A stretch of DNA of 64,000 nt, taken from a virus. Below, in pieces: positions 6,199 through 14,900 of the stretch. The position numbers and the translations under genes were made by a program. Each line of letters starts with the position of its first letter. Position 1 is the first letter of the stretch. The stretch lies in IMG/VR virus record IMGVR_UViG_3300043427_002369, positions 1-64,000 of that record. The stretch is one strand, 5' to 3'. The notes below the pieces were generated by a model. The model was not told the origin of the DNA and searched no databases. It saw only the letters and a program-made list of their open reading frames with translations.

Positions 6199-6258
6199 TG
6201 TGCCACTTCAAAAGGTTGCACAGGGTTACCCCGAAGGGGGGCATCTACCGACTAGGAT
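6199..6258 (+). promoter_or_regulatory. Early promoter cassette 11 (palindrome 6199-6222; -10 TAGGAT 6253-6258)
   Basis: TGTGCCACTTcaaaAGGTTGCACA; 30-bp gap; CCCC-gaa-GGGG hairpin in place of a TTG -35. Confidence 0.7.
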
Positions 6259-6287
6259 TACTACAGTTCAAAAAAACACCGAAACCA

Positions 6288-6548
6288 ATGTTCTACCCCG
6301 CTCACAACATCGAAGGGCAAATGATCATCCGCAACACCGAAACTGGCAAGGTGTTTCTGTCGCAAATGGAGAACAAAAAGTTCCGTGAGGTGATTGCTTC
6401 CCTCTACAACTTCCTCGGTGAGACTAACCTTGGTTGTGAGGAAGCATACGATTGGGTTTGCAATCAGGTTGGCATTGATACCTTTGTTGCTGACGAATGG
6501 GCATGGGATTGTTTCTGGAATGTGTGGAATTCTTCCACTGCTGCCTGA
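6288..6548 (+). CDS. Hypothetical early protein (86 aa)
   Basis: Track ORF 6216..6548; ATG 6288 is downstream of promoter 11. Confidence 0.65.
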   Translation: MFYPAHNIEGQMIIRNTETGKVFLSQMENKKFREVIASLYNFLGETNLGCEEAYDWVCNQVGIDTFVADEWAWDCFWNVWNSSTAA

Positions 6549-6576
6549 CACTTTTCTCCCCTTACTTCCTCCTCAA

Positions 6577-6759
6577 ATGCGAATTCAAACTCCCTACAAT
6601 TTCTCCCGCTTCGCTTACTTCGGGTTGGACACTTCTGCCCGCTCTGGTGATGAGTTTCTAGGTTGCGGGTTGGGTAAACTTTACTTCGGAATCTACCCCA
6701 CTCAGTATGGTTTCGAAATTTCCTACGGCATACTGAATGAGAAGGATTGCCTGAACTGA
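6577..6759 (+). CDS. Hypothetical early protein (60 aa)
   Basis: 3' part of track ORF 6394..6759; ATG 6577 follows a pyrimidine-rich leader. Confidence 0.6.
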   Translation: MRIQTPYNFSRFAYFGLDTSARSGDEFLGCGLGKLYFGIYPTQYGFEISYGILNEKDCLN

Positions 6760-6796
6760 TCACCTTCACTCCCGCAAACCAACTACACACTCTCCA

Positions 6797-7021
6797 ATGA
6801 ACTTCACCACCGCGACTAAACTTGATCTGGCAATTGCTGAGGCACGGGGAGAGTTTAAAGTTACCCGCCTGCCTATTCGCTACGCCCGCAAATCTGAATT
6901 GGTGATGAGCAGGGTTGGCGGAGGTGGCAGTCGCTGGAGCAATGCAACTGGCGGCAATGGTAGACTGAAAGCAGGGCAACTCCGCCCCGATGAGATTGCT
7001 CTGAAATCTGCTCTGAGGTAA
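6797..7021 (+). CDS. Hypothetical basic protein (74 aa)
   Basis: Track ORF; last gene of the early cluster. Confidence 0.65.
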   Translation: MNFTTATKLDLAIAEARGEFKVTRLPIRYARKSELVMSRVGGGGSRWSNATGGNGRLKAGQLRPDEIALKSALR

Positions 7022-7267
7022 CAACGAAGGGATCACGAATGCAGGGGGCAGTATCATTCGTTCTCAGCATTCGTGATGGGCAGTTGTCCTTATAACGTTA
7101 TCGTTATGATGGCGCGGCCGTGCGGTTACCCCCGTATATAAAATCGCTAACTACCCTAACCTACAACGGACCTAAAAAGCGAGAGTGATTATAAGACTCT
7201 TGAAAATTTCCGGAGGAAATGGTAGAATGCCTCTAAGATTTTCCAAAAAAATTCTGCCCAGAAAAAA
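7022..7267. other. Non-coding junction between the early and structural modules
   Basis: No credible ORF; short repeats (TTATAACGTTATCGTTATG), a GC patch, and CCCCGTATATAAAATCGCTAACTACCCTAACCTAC; base composition changes here. Confidence 0.5.
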
Positions 7268-7414
7268 ATGACACGAAGACCTCAACCATACTGGAATTTT
7301 TGGAAAGTTGTTTTCGCGGGATGGTTGATACGCTATCCTAAGACATTTTTTAAGATCTTCGGAGTGCCTATCGGAATGATGATCGTCTGGATATATAATA
7401 TGATCGCAAGGTAG
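7268..7414 (+). CDS. Small membrane protein (48 aa), not in ORF track
   Basis: Read by hand: MTRRPQPYWNFWKVVFAGWLIRYPKTFFKIFGVPIGMMIVWIYNMIAR. Confidence 0.6.
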   Translation: MTRRPQPYWNFWKVVFAGWLIRYPKTFFKIFGVPIGMMIVWIYNMIAR

Positions 7415-7430
7415 GATAACGATTCAAAAA

Positions 7431-7625
7431 ATGCTTGAGAAGATATATCACATATACGCGAAACAAAATTGTCTGTTCCATTCACTCAAAGAAGAAGAAT
7501 TCTACACAACTTGGAATACATTAAAAACAATGGTAGGTATTATGAAAACTGATTATAGTCTTGATGATCTGAGTTACGAAGAACTCTTAGTGAACAGGGA
7601 GATCAGTCGGGAAACCTCGAACTGA
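7431..7625 (+). CDS. Conserved hypothetical cyanophage protein (64 aa)
   Basis: Track ORF; position upstream of the glycosyltransferase is typical of T4-like cyanophages. Confidence 0.7.
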   Translation: MLEKIYHIYAKQNCLFHSLKEEEFYTTWNTLKTMVGIMKTDYSLDDLSYEELLVNREISRETSN

Positions 7626-7631
7626 ACCCCC

Positions 7632-7660
7632 TTTACAGATACTAAATAGCACGATAGAAT
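7632..7660 (+). promoter_or_regulatory. sigma70-type promoter TTTACA-17-TAGAAT with an embedded late-type CTAAATA (7642-7648)
   Basis: Direct sequence reading. Confidence 0.6.
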
Positions 7661-7684
7661 TGACCTGAAGGTTTTTTATTTCTT

Positions 7685-8482
7685 ATGGCAAAAGGATTCA
7701 CTGTTAAAGCAAACCCTCCCACAAAATCAGAAACTGAGTGGGATTATGAAGCAATTAAAGAAAGAATGCGTGGGAAGACAATTGTTTTCTGTCTTCCTGG
7801 AAGAGGATGTTCATTTATTTTCCTCAAGGCATTTGTGCAACTCTGTTTTGATCTTGTGCAGAATGGTATGGGAATTCAAATTTCTCAAGACTATTCTTCA
7901 ATGGTCAACTTTGCACGTTGTAAGTGTCTAGGAGCAAATGTTCTCCGAGGTCCTAAGCAAGTTCCTTGGGATGGAAAACTGCAATATGATTATCAACTCT
8001 GGATTGATAGCGATATTGTTTTCAATACTGAAAAATTCTGGCAACTTTGTGATGTTTCATTCCCTGCGGATGCAATTGACGAAGAAGGGAATGTTGATGA
8101 AACGAAGAAGAGAGGAATTACTGCTGGTTGGTATGCAACTGAAGATGGTGTCACTACCTCTGTTGCACATTGGTTAGAAGAAGATGACTTCCGTAAGAAC
8201 GGTGGAGTCATGAATCACGAAACCACAGAAAGTATCAGCAAGCGTCGGAAACCATTTACAGTTGATTACACTGGATTTGGTTGGGTATTAATTGAGAATG
8301 GAGTTTTTGAAAGCCTTGAGTATCCTTGGTTTGCTCCGAAGATGCAAGTTTTTGAATCTGGTGCAGTCCAGGATATGTGCGGTGAGGATGTTTCATTCTG
8401 CCTTGATGCAAAAGAGGCAGGATTTGAGATCTGGTGTGATCCTCGCATTCGCGTTGGACACGAAAAAACTCGTATTATCTGA
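7685..8482 (+). CDS. GT-A fold glycosyltransferase-like protein
   Basis: WIDSDIVF (DxD), TGFGWVLI, GEDVSFC and RVGHEK motifs. Confidence 0.8.
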   Translation: MAKGFTVKANPPTKSETEWDYEAIKERMRGKTIVFCLPGRGCSFIFLKAFVQLCFDLVQNGMGIQISQDYSSMVNFARCKCLGANVLRGPKQVPWDGKLQYDYQLWIDSDIVFNTEKFWQLCDVSFPADAIDEEGNVDETKKRGITAGWYATEDGVTTSVAHWLEEDDFRKNGGVMNHETTESISKRRKPFTVDYTGFGWVLIENGVFESLEYPWFAPKMQVFESGAVQDMCGEDVSFCLDAKEAGFEIWCDPRIRVGHEKTRII

Positions 8483-8487
8483 TACGA

Positions 8488-8640
8488 ATGTTCAATATTC
8501 TTTATAAAGGCAGAAAGATCTACACAAACCTTGATTATGAAGAATGCACGGAAGTCTTATCAGAACTTTCGTTAACTTATTACCAAACTGGTGAATACGA
8601 TCCACATTACATTGAATTGGAGGAAATTGTAAATGGCTAA
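8488..8640 (+). CDS. Hypothetical protein (50 aa), not in ORF track
   Basis: Read by hand: MFNILYKGRKIYTNLDYEECTEVLSELS... Confidence 0.65.
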   Translation: MFNILYKGRKIYTNLDYEECTEVLSELSLTYYQTGEYDPHYIELEEIVNG

Positions 8641-8773
8641 GCGACCATCTTCTAATGGAACAGTTAAAATTGAGTCTAAACCTAAGCGGACTCGGCAGGG
8701 TGCAGGGAAACATACGAAGTACTCTGCGTCATCTCGTAATGGAGCTCGAAAACGGTATCGGGGTCAAGGTTAA
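8633..8773 (+). CDS. Small basic protein (46 aa, ends KRYRGQG), not in ORF track
   Basis: Read by hand; GGAGG SD; K/R-rich with the RKRYRGQG C-terminus typical of a T4-like cyanophage small core protein. Confidence 0.75.
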   Translation: MAKRPSSNGTVKIESKPKRTRQGAGKHTKYSASSRNGARKRYRGQG

Positions 8774-8783
8774 TATCTTAAGT

Positions 8784-8817
8784 ATCACGGGGAATTCTTA
8801 TTCCTCGTGATTTTTTT
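8784..8817 (+). terminator. Rho-independent terminator
   Basis: ATCACGGGGAAT-tctt-ATTCCTCGTGAT + T run. Confidence 0.85.
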
Positions 8818-8846
8818 ATAAATTGTTATACACTCTCCAAAATTTT

Positions 8847-9299
8847 ATGAAACCTTATGATCACATTGAAGAGTGGATGGTGCAAGTCTCTCGTATAAGA
8901 GGAGAGTTGAATGGGTTTTCTGTATGTCCTTATGCAAAACAAGCAAAATACAAGATCTTAGAGGTTGATATAGAGAACTTAACGGTCGAAGATGGGTATG
9001 ATGTCATTATTTTTGTAGTTGATATCAATCTATCATTGGAAAATATTCAAAAATGGTGTAAAATATATAATCAAAAGTATTCTGAATGGAAATTTTTTGA
9101 GGATTGTGCTTCTTACGACACCTTCATTAACGGAATTCAGACAAATAATGGAAAATATAACCTCATTTTGGCGCAACCGAGGGAAAAATTAAGAAAATAT
9201 CGTGAAATATTGGCAAAAACTAACTATTATAAGATGTGGGACGATGAATATTTGCAAGAAATCTTAGAAGAGGACTATAATTTGCTTGACAAGGGATAG
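8847..9299 (+). CDS. Hypothetical protein (CPYAK motif, DUF1415-like)
   Basis: Track ORF 8823..9299; W...L.GFSVCPYAK motif. Confidence 0.65.
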   Translation: MKPYDHIEEWMVQVSRIRGELNGFSVCPYAKQAKYKILEVDIENLTVEDGYDVIIFVVDINLSLENIQKWCKIYNQKYSEWKFFEDCASYDTFINGIQTNNGKYNLILAQPREKLRKYREILAKTNYYKMWDDEYLQEILEEDYNLLDKG

Positions 9300-9345
9300 A
9301 AACCCCTTAAAAAGTTCTGATTCTAGTCAAATCAGGAGATCAACA

Positions 9346-9591
9346 ATGGGACAACCATCAGATCGTAGTAAAGAAGTGATGTATCAAATGTGGGGAACCA
9401 CAAAATTAGTCACAGATTATGAAGTTATTCAAGAAAAGAAGATGCTTCGTGAGATTGGGCACGATGAAATCGTTCCTAAAAAGCATAATTTTCAAGTTCA
9501 GAATGAAATTCACGAAAGAATTCGCAATGAAGAAGATTATGACGATTGGGAATATGGAACTGAACCGATCCCTCTCAGAGAATGGAAATAA
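9346..9591 (+). CDS. Conserved hypothetical cyanophage protein
   Basis: Track ORF 9286..9591; ATG 9346 follows AGGAG; ends DYDDWEYGTEPIP. Confidence 0.7.
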   Translation: MGQPSDRSKEVMYQMWGTTKLVTDYEVIQEKKMLREIGHDEIVPKKHNFQVQNEIHERIRNEEDYDDWEYGTEPIPLREWK

Positions 9592-9596
9592 TGTGA

Positions 9597-9603
9597 ATAA
9601 ATA
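9597..9603 (+). promoter_or_regulatory. T4-type late promoter (ATAAATA)
   Basis: gp55-type TATAAATA-like box just upstream of g25. Confidence 0.6.
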
Positions 9604-9626
9604 AGGTAGATTATACTTTACCTTAG

Positions 9627-10028
9627 ATGCCTGTAGAGAGAATTAGTAAGGAATTTAAAGATCTTAGTATGTCTCTACAGGTAAGCCCTTTGAATTATGA
9701 TATTCTGGCAATAAAAAATGAGACTGCGATTGCTCGCGCAGTTCGTAATCTTGTTTCAACAGTGCCAGGTGAAAGATTTTTTAATCCTAGAGTTGGATCT
9801 GATATTTCTCAATCACTTTTTGAAAATATCGATCCAATTTCAGCATCTGTGATTAAGTCTCAGATTGAAGAAACGATTAAAAACTATGAACCAAGAGTTC
9901 AGTTGACCGATGTTGAAGTGACTCCTTATTATGATGACAATGAATTCAATGTCACCATTCGTTATAACATCATCGGTATTGATGTTCAACCCCAGCAGTT
10001 AGTGTTCGCATTACAGCCAACTCGATAA
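9627..10028 (+). CDS. g25: Baseplate wedge subunit gp25
   Basis: AIARAVRNLVST.PGERFFNP..GS and I...YEPRV motifs. Confidence 0.92.
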   Translation: MPVERISKEFKDLSMSLQVSPLNYDILAIKNETAIARAVRNLVSTVPGERFFNPRVGSDISQSLFENIDPISASVIKSQIEETIKNYEPRVQLTDVEVTPYYDDNEFNVTIRYNIIGIDVQPQQLVFALQPTR

Positions 10029-11942
10029 ATGGCAATTATAAATTTTACGGATTTAGATTTTGATCAAATAAGACTTTCTATTAAAGATTATCTTAGATCA
10101 AATTCAAATTTTACAGACTATGATTTTGAAGGATCGAATATGTCGGTCCTGGTAGATATTCTTGCATATAATACTTACATATCTTCTTACAATGCCAATA
10201 TGGTAAGTAATGAGATATTCATTGACAGTGCAACTCTTAGAGAGAACATTGTATCTCTTGCAAGAAATATTGGATATGTTCCTCGTTCAAGAACTGCGGC
10301 AAGAGCAAATATATCTTTCTTTATAGATGTATCAAATTATTCATCAATACCTAGAATTGTAACTTTAAATAAGGGTATTGTATGCATAACAAGCTCAAAT
10401 TTTGGAGGAGAAAGTTATACCTTTGCGACTCTTGAGGATATAACCGTTCCTGTTGTAAATGGAATCGCAAGTTTTAACAATATTGATGTTTATGAAGGGA
10501 CATTCTTAACAACTAATTTTACTGTAAATCCAAATGTCCCAAGCCCACCACAAAGATTTATTATTGAAAATCCAAATGTTGATACTAGTCTGATTAATGT
10601 TGTTGTATCGAAGACAGTTTTTAGTAATATTTCTAGTAAATATACGTTAACTAATGATATTTTTGATGTTGATGGCGATTCAAAGATTTTCTTTATACAA
10701 GAAGTTGATGATCAAAAGTATGAATTAATTTTTGGTGATGGTATTTTCGGTAAAAAACTCGAAGAAAATAATTATATTTCGGTCAATTACATAGTATCAA
10801 ATGGAGAATTGGGTAATGGATTATCCCAGTTTAATTTTGCTGGTAGATTGAACTCCAATATTGGACTTATATCTCGTGGAATATCTTTAATTACTACCAA
10901 TCAAGTATCAGATGGTGGAAGGGAAATTGAATCTGTCCAATCCATTCGTAATTATGCTCCCAAAAATTATGCAGCACAAAATAGAGCAGTAACTGCAGGT
11001 GATTTTAAGGCAATTATACCTTTGATCTATCCCGAATTGGAATCAGTTTCTGTATTTGGAGGGGAAGACTTATCTCCACCACAGTATGGAAAAGTTTTTG
11101 TTGCTGTCAAACCACAAAATGGTTCTTTTTTACCATCAAGTGCTGCTCAAAATTTAAAGAATAAATTAAAGAAATATTCTGTTGCGGGAATTGTAACAGA
11201 AGTCATTGATTTAAAATATTTGTATATTGAATTAGATGTGAGTATCTACTACAATACAAATATGGTGTCAAATTCAGAACTTGCTGCCAATAAAGTGATC
11301 TCAAATCTGAGCAAATATTCAAAATCTATTGAAATTAATAAGTATGGTTCTAGATTTAAATATAGTAAGGTCCTTAAGTTAATTGATGATAGTGATGAGG
11401 CAATTACTTCTAACATTACAAGAGTTTCTTTAAGAAGAGACTTTAGAGCTTCTATTAATCAATTTGCAGAATATGAAATTTGCTTTGGTAATGAATTTCA
11501 TATTAATAATTCAAATGGATATAATATTAAAACTTCTGGATTTAAAGTTAATGGGATTAATGATACCGTTTATTTTTCAGATAAACCAAACTCAGATATG
11601 AAAAAAGGATCACTATTCCTATTCAAGATTGTTCCAGAATCTGTTGATCCTGTTGAGGTTAGACAAAATATTGGGACAATAGATTATGAAAAAGGTGAAA
11701 TTCTTTTAAATCCAATCAAGATCATTTCAACCAGTATAGATAAAGGTGAATCTATTGTTGAAGTTTCAGCAACACCAAAATCGAACGATGTTATAGGTTT
11801 ACATGATCTGTATTTACAATTAGATACTAATAATATTACAGTCACTCCTGTTCCTGATAATATTTCATCTGGAAATGATATTTCTGGATCGAACTATATT
11901 ACAACCTCAAGTTATACGAATGGAAAATTAATCAGAGAATAA
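10029..11942 (+). CDS. g6: Baseplate wedge subunit gp6
   Basis: LDFDQI...FTDYDFEGS...LAYNT...SATLRENIVSLARNIGY; QNRAVTA.D motif. Confidence 0.95.
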   Translation: MAIINFTDLDFDQIRLSIKDYLRSNSNFTDYDFEGSNMSVLVDILAYNTYISSYNANMVSNEIFIDSATLRENIVSLARNIGYVPRSRTAARANISFFIDVSNYSSIPRIVTLNKGIVCITSSNFGGESYTFATLEDITVPVVNGIASFNNIDVYEGTFLTTNFTVNPNVPSPPQRFIIENPNVDTSLINVVVSKTVFSNISSKYTLTNDIFDVDGDSKIFFIQEVDDQKYELIFGDGIFGKKLEENNYISVNYIVSNGELGNGLSQFNFAGRLNSNIGLISRGISLITTNQVSDGGREIESVQSIRNYAPKNYAAQNRAVTAGDFKAIIPLIYPELESVSVFGGEDLSPPQYGKVFVAVKPQNGSFLPSSAAQNLKNKLKKYSVAGIVTEVIDLKYLYIELDVSIYYNTNMVSNSELAANKVISNLSKYSKSIEINKYGSRFKYSKVLKLIDDSDEAITSNITRVSLRRDFRASINQFAEYEICFGNEFHINNSNGYNIKTSGFKVNGINDTVYFSDKPNSDMKKGSLFLFKIVPESVDPVEVRQNIGTIDYEKGEILLNPIKIISTSIDKGESIVEVSATPKSNDVIGLHDLYLQLDTNNITVTPVPDNISSGNDISGSNYITTSSYTNGKLIRE

Positions 11943-11946
11943 TAAA

Positions 11947-14900
11947 ATGAAGAAAGCAAGGATTAACATTAGTAACATACTAAAAAACCAACTTCCTAAT
12001 TTTGTAAAGGAAGAATATCCTTTGGTTGAAGAGTTATTCTCTGAATATTATAAAGGTCAAGAATATCAAGGTGGAATTTTAGACATACTTCAAAATATTG
12101 ATCAGTATATCAAATTAGACAATAATACTAATTTGACTGAAAGCACTAATATTGTATCAGATATTAGTTTTGCAGATGCTGTAATACCTGTTACTAACAC
12201 CAGTGGATTTCCAGATCGCTATGGTTTGATTGAGATTGATTCTGAAGTTATTCTTTATAAGTCAAAAACACAGAATTCATTCGTTGATTGTGTAAGAGGT
12301 TTTAGTGGAATTACTTCTTATGATAATTCTTTAAATTTTGAACAAACTATTGCTGAAAATCATGTAGATGGATCTGTTGTTAAAAATTTAAATATTTTAT
12401 TTCTGAATGAGTTTTTCAACAAAGTTAAAAAGCAATTCGCACCTGGATTTGAGAATAGAAATTTCTTTAAAGATACATCTTCTAAAATTGACCTTAATGA
12501 AAATGTTTTCATTAAACAACTGAAAGATTTCTATTCATCTAAGGGAACTGATGATTCGTTTAAAATATTATTCAAATCACTTTTTAATGACAATGTTGAA
12601 ATTATCAGACCTAGAGATTTTTTAATTCGTCCATCAGATGCTCAGTATAGAGTTAATAAGGAATTAATTATTGAAGCAATAGAAGGAGATCCTTTGGATC
12701 TTGTAGATACTACAATCTTCCAAAATCCTTTAACTATAAATGGTGAAGACTTTATTTCATATGCTTATGGAACGGTAAATAAGGTTGAAACTATTTCTAG
12801 AAAAGACAAGACTTATTATGCAGTCAGTCTAGATTTTGATTATAATAAGGATATTAACCTAAAGGGTTCTGTTTATGGTGAATTTGTAATTGGAGCAAAA
12901 ACATTTATCACCGATAAAGTTTCTGAGCAGTCTACAGTAATCACAGTAGACTCAACGTATGGATTTCCAGAAACTAATGGAGTTTTAAGAGTCACATTTG
13001 ATGATGGTCTAATCTCTACTATCTCGTATCAAAGAAAAAATCTTAATCAATTTATAGGTTGTTCCGAAATTAATAGAGAAATTCCCCAAGGAAATTCTAT
13101 TTACTTGAATTATTATTGTGAAGGTGGAAATACTGTAGGGAATGATGAAAATCCTATTAAATTTAGAATTACAGGAGTATTATCAGAAGCAACAACATCT
13201 GATGATTCTCACTATATTGTAGAAGGTAATAGAATTAATCTAAGAACTTTAGGAAAGGATATTCGAGAACCTTCTTTTAATAATTGGAAATTTAATATTG
13301 CTCCAAAATATAATGTTAAAAGTATTATTAAAAATAATACTATCAATAACACTTATTTAATTGAAGTATATGATGAGCATATATTTTATAAAGGAGACAG
13401 TGTAAAACTTATTTCATCAAGACCTCAATTAGTTCCCGGAACTGATGATCTAGGATTTTCTGAATTTTTTGGCGATGTTCAATCTGTAGATGGAAAGTTC
13501 TCTTTTACTTGTGCCATTAATTTTGATTTAGATACTACTTTAGTATATGAAGTTGAAAGAGAAATTAATAAATTTAATTTTAGTTATAATTCTTCTATAT
13601 CAGATTCAAATAATAATTACGTAACAGATGTTCAAAATGTTTATAGAGACTCTGAAGGATCTCTATATGTCGCTTCTCAGTCATTGCCAACATATACTAA
13701 TGATGTTTTACCAATTACTGATGACACTATTGTATTATCATCGAGTGTTTATATAAGCGAAGAACTTAATCAGAACGATCCAGAAAAAATTGATAAGATT
13801 TTAAACATTGGAAGGCATACCTTTAAGACAGGCGATGCGGTTTATTATCAATCCGGAGATAATAATAATAAATTAAATTTATCTGAAGGAATTTATTATG
13901 TTAAAGTAGTTGGATCTCTTAATAACCCAACTCAAATTAAGTTATCTAGTAGCAGAACTAACATTGATAATAACATTTTCTTAGATGTTAGTTTAAAAAA
14001 TCCATCTTTGACAGGTAGTGATAATAAATTATATAAGTCTACAAATGAAATAATTTATTTCCAAAATAGTCTTAAAAATAGTTTAACTTCTTCAAAATTT
14101 GAGAAATTTATTTCTCCAAAGAATTTAATAAAAAAAATTAATAATCCATTAGAAACCAAAGAAAAACAACTGACTTCTCCTGGACAGACTGGAATTTTAG
14201 TGAATGGTGTTGAAATTGTAAACTATAAATCAAATGATTTTATTTACTATGGATCAATTGAAGATATTAAAATTAAATCTCCAGGAAGCGACTATGATAT
14301 TATAACCCCTCCGCAATTAAACATTGTTGATAAAAATGGGTCAGGTGCGTCTGCAATTTGTCACATTAGTGGATCTCTCACTAGAATTGATATTTTAAAT
14401 GGTGGATTTGATTATGAAAAAACTCCTACCATTGAGATTAGTGGTGGTAATGGTATTGATGCTGAAGTAAGTCCAAATATGAGCACATTTGAGCATTCCA
14501 TGGCATTTAGTGCCAAAGAAGGAACCTCTCAAATTAATTTTTCCTCAGATACTATCACATTTAATGTAAGACATAAATTTTATGATGGTGAGGAAATTAA
14601 ATATGATTACACTCAAGTTCCTCTTGAAGGTCTTAGGAAAGAAATTACTTACTATGTTGGAACTGAAGATGATTATTCTGTAAAATTATATGCAACATAT
14701 CAGGATTCTATTAAAAAGATCAACCAAATTGATTTAAACTTACCCAATGTATTGGGGACGCATTATCTGATAAGTGTTCAAAAGAAATCTACAATAGGAT
14801 CTATCAATATTGTAAGGGCGGGAACTGGATATTCAAATAGAAAAACAGTTACTCTAAGTCAAAATATTAATATTTTTTCTAATGTAGTCAATATTAAAAA

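Noticed and set aside
101-6222. Repeated palindromes as a CRISPR array
   Set aside because: Intervals are ~260-940 bp and contain genes; the repeats are degenerate and tied to -10 boxes; no cas genes in the window
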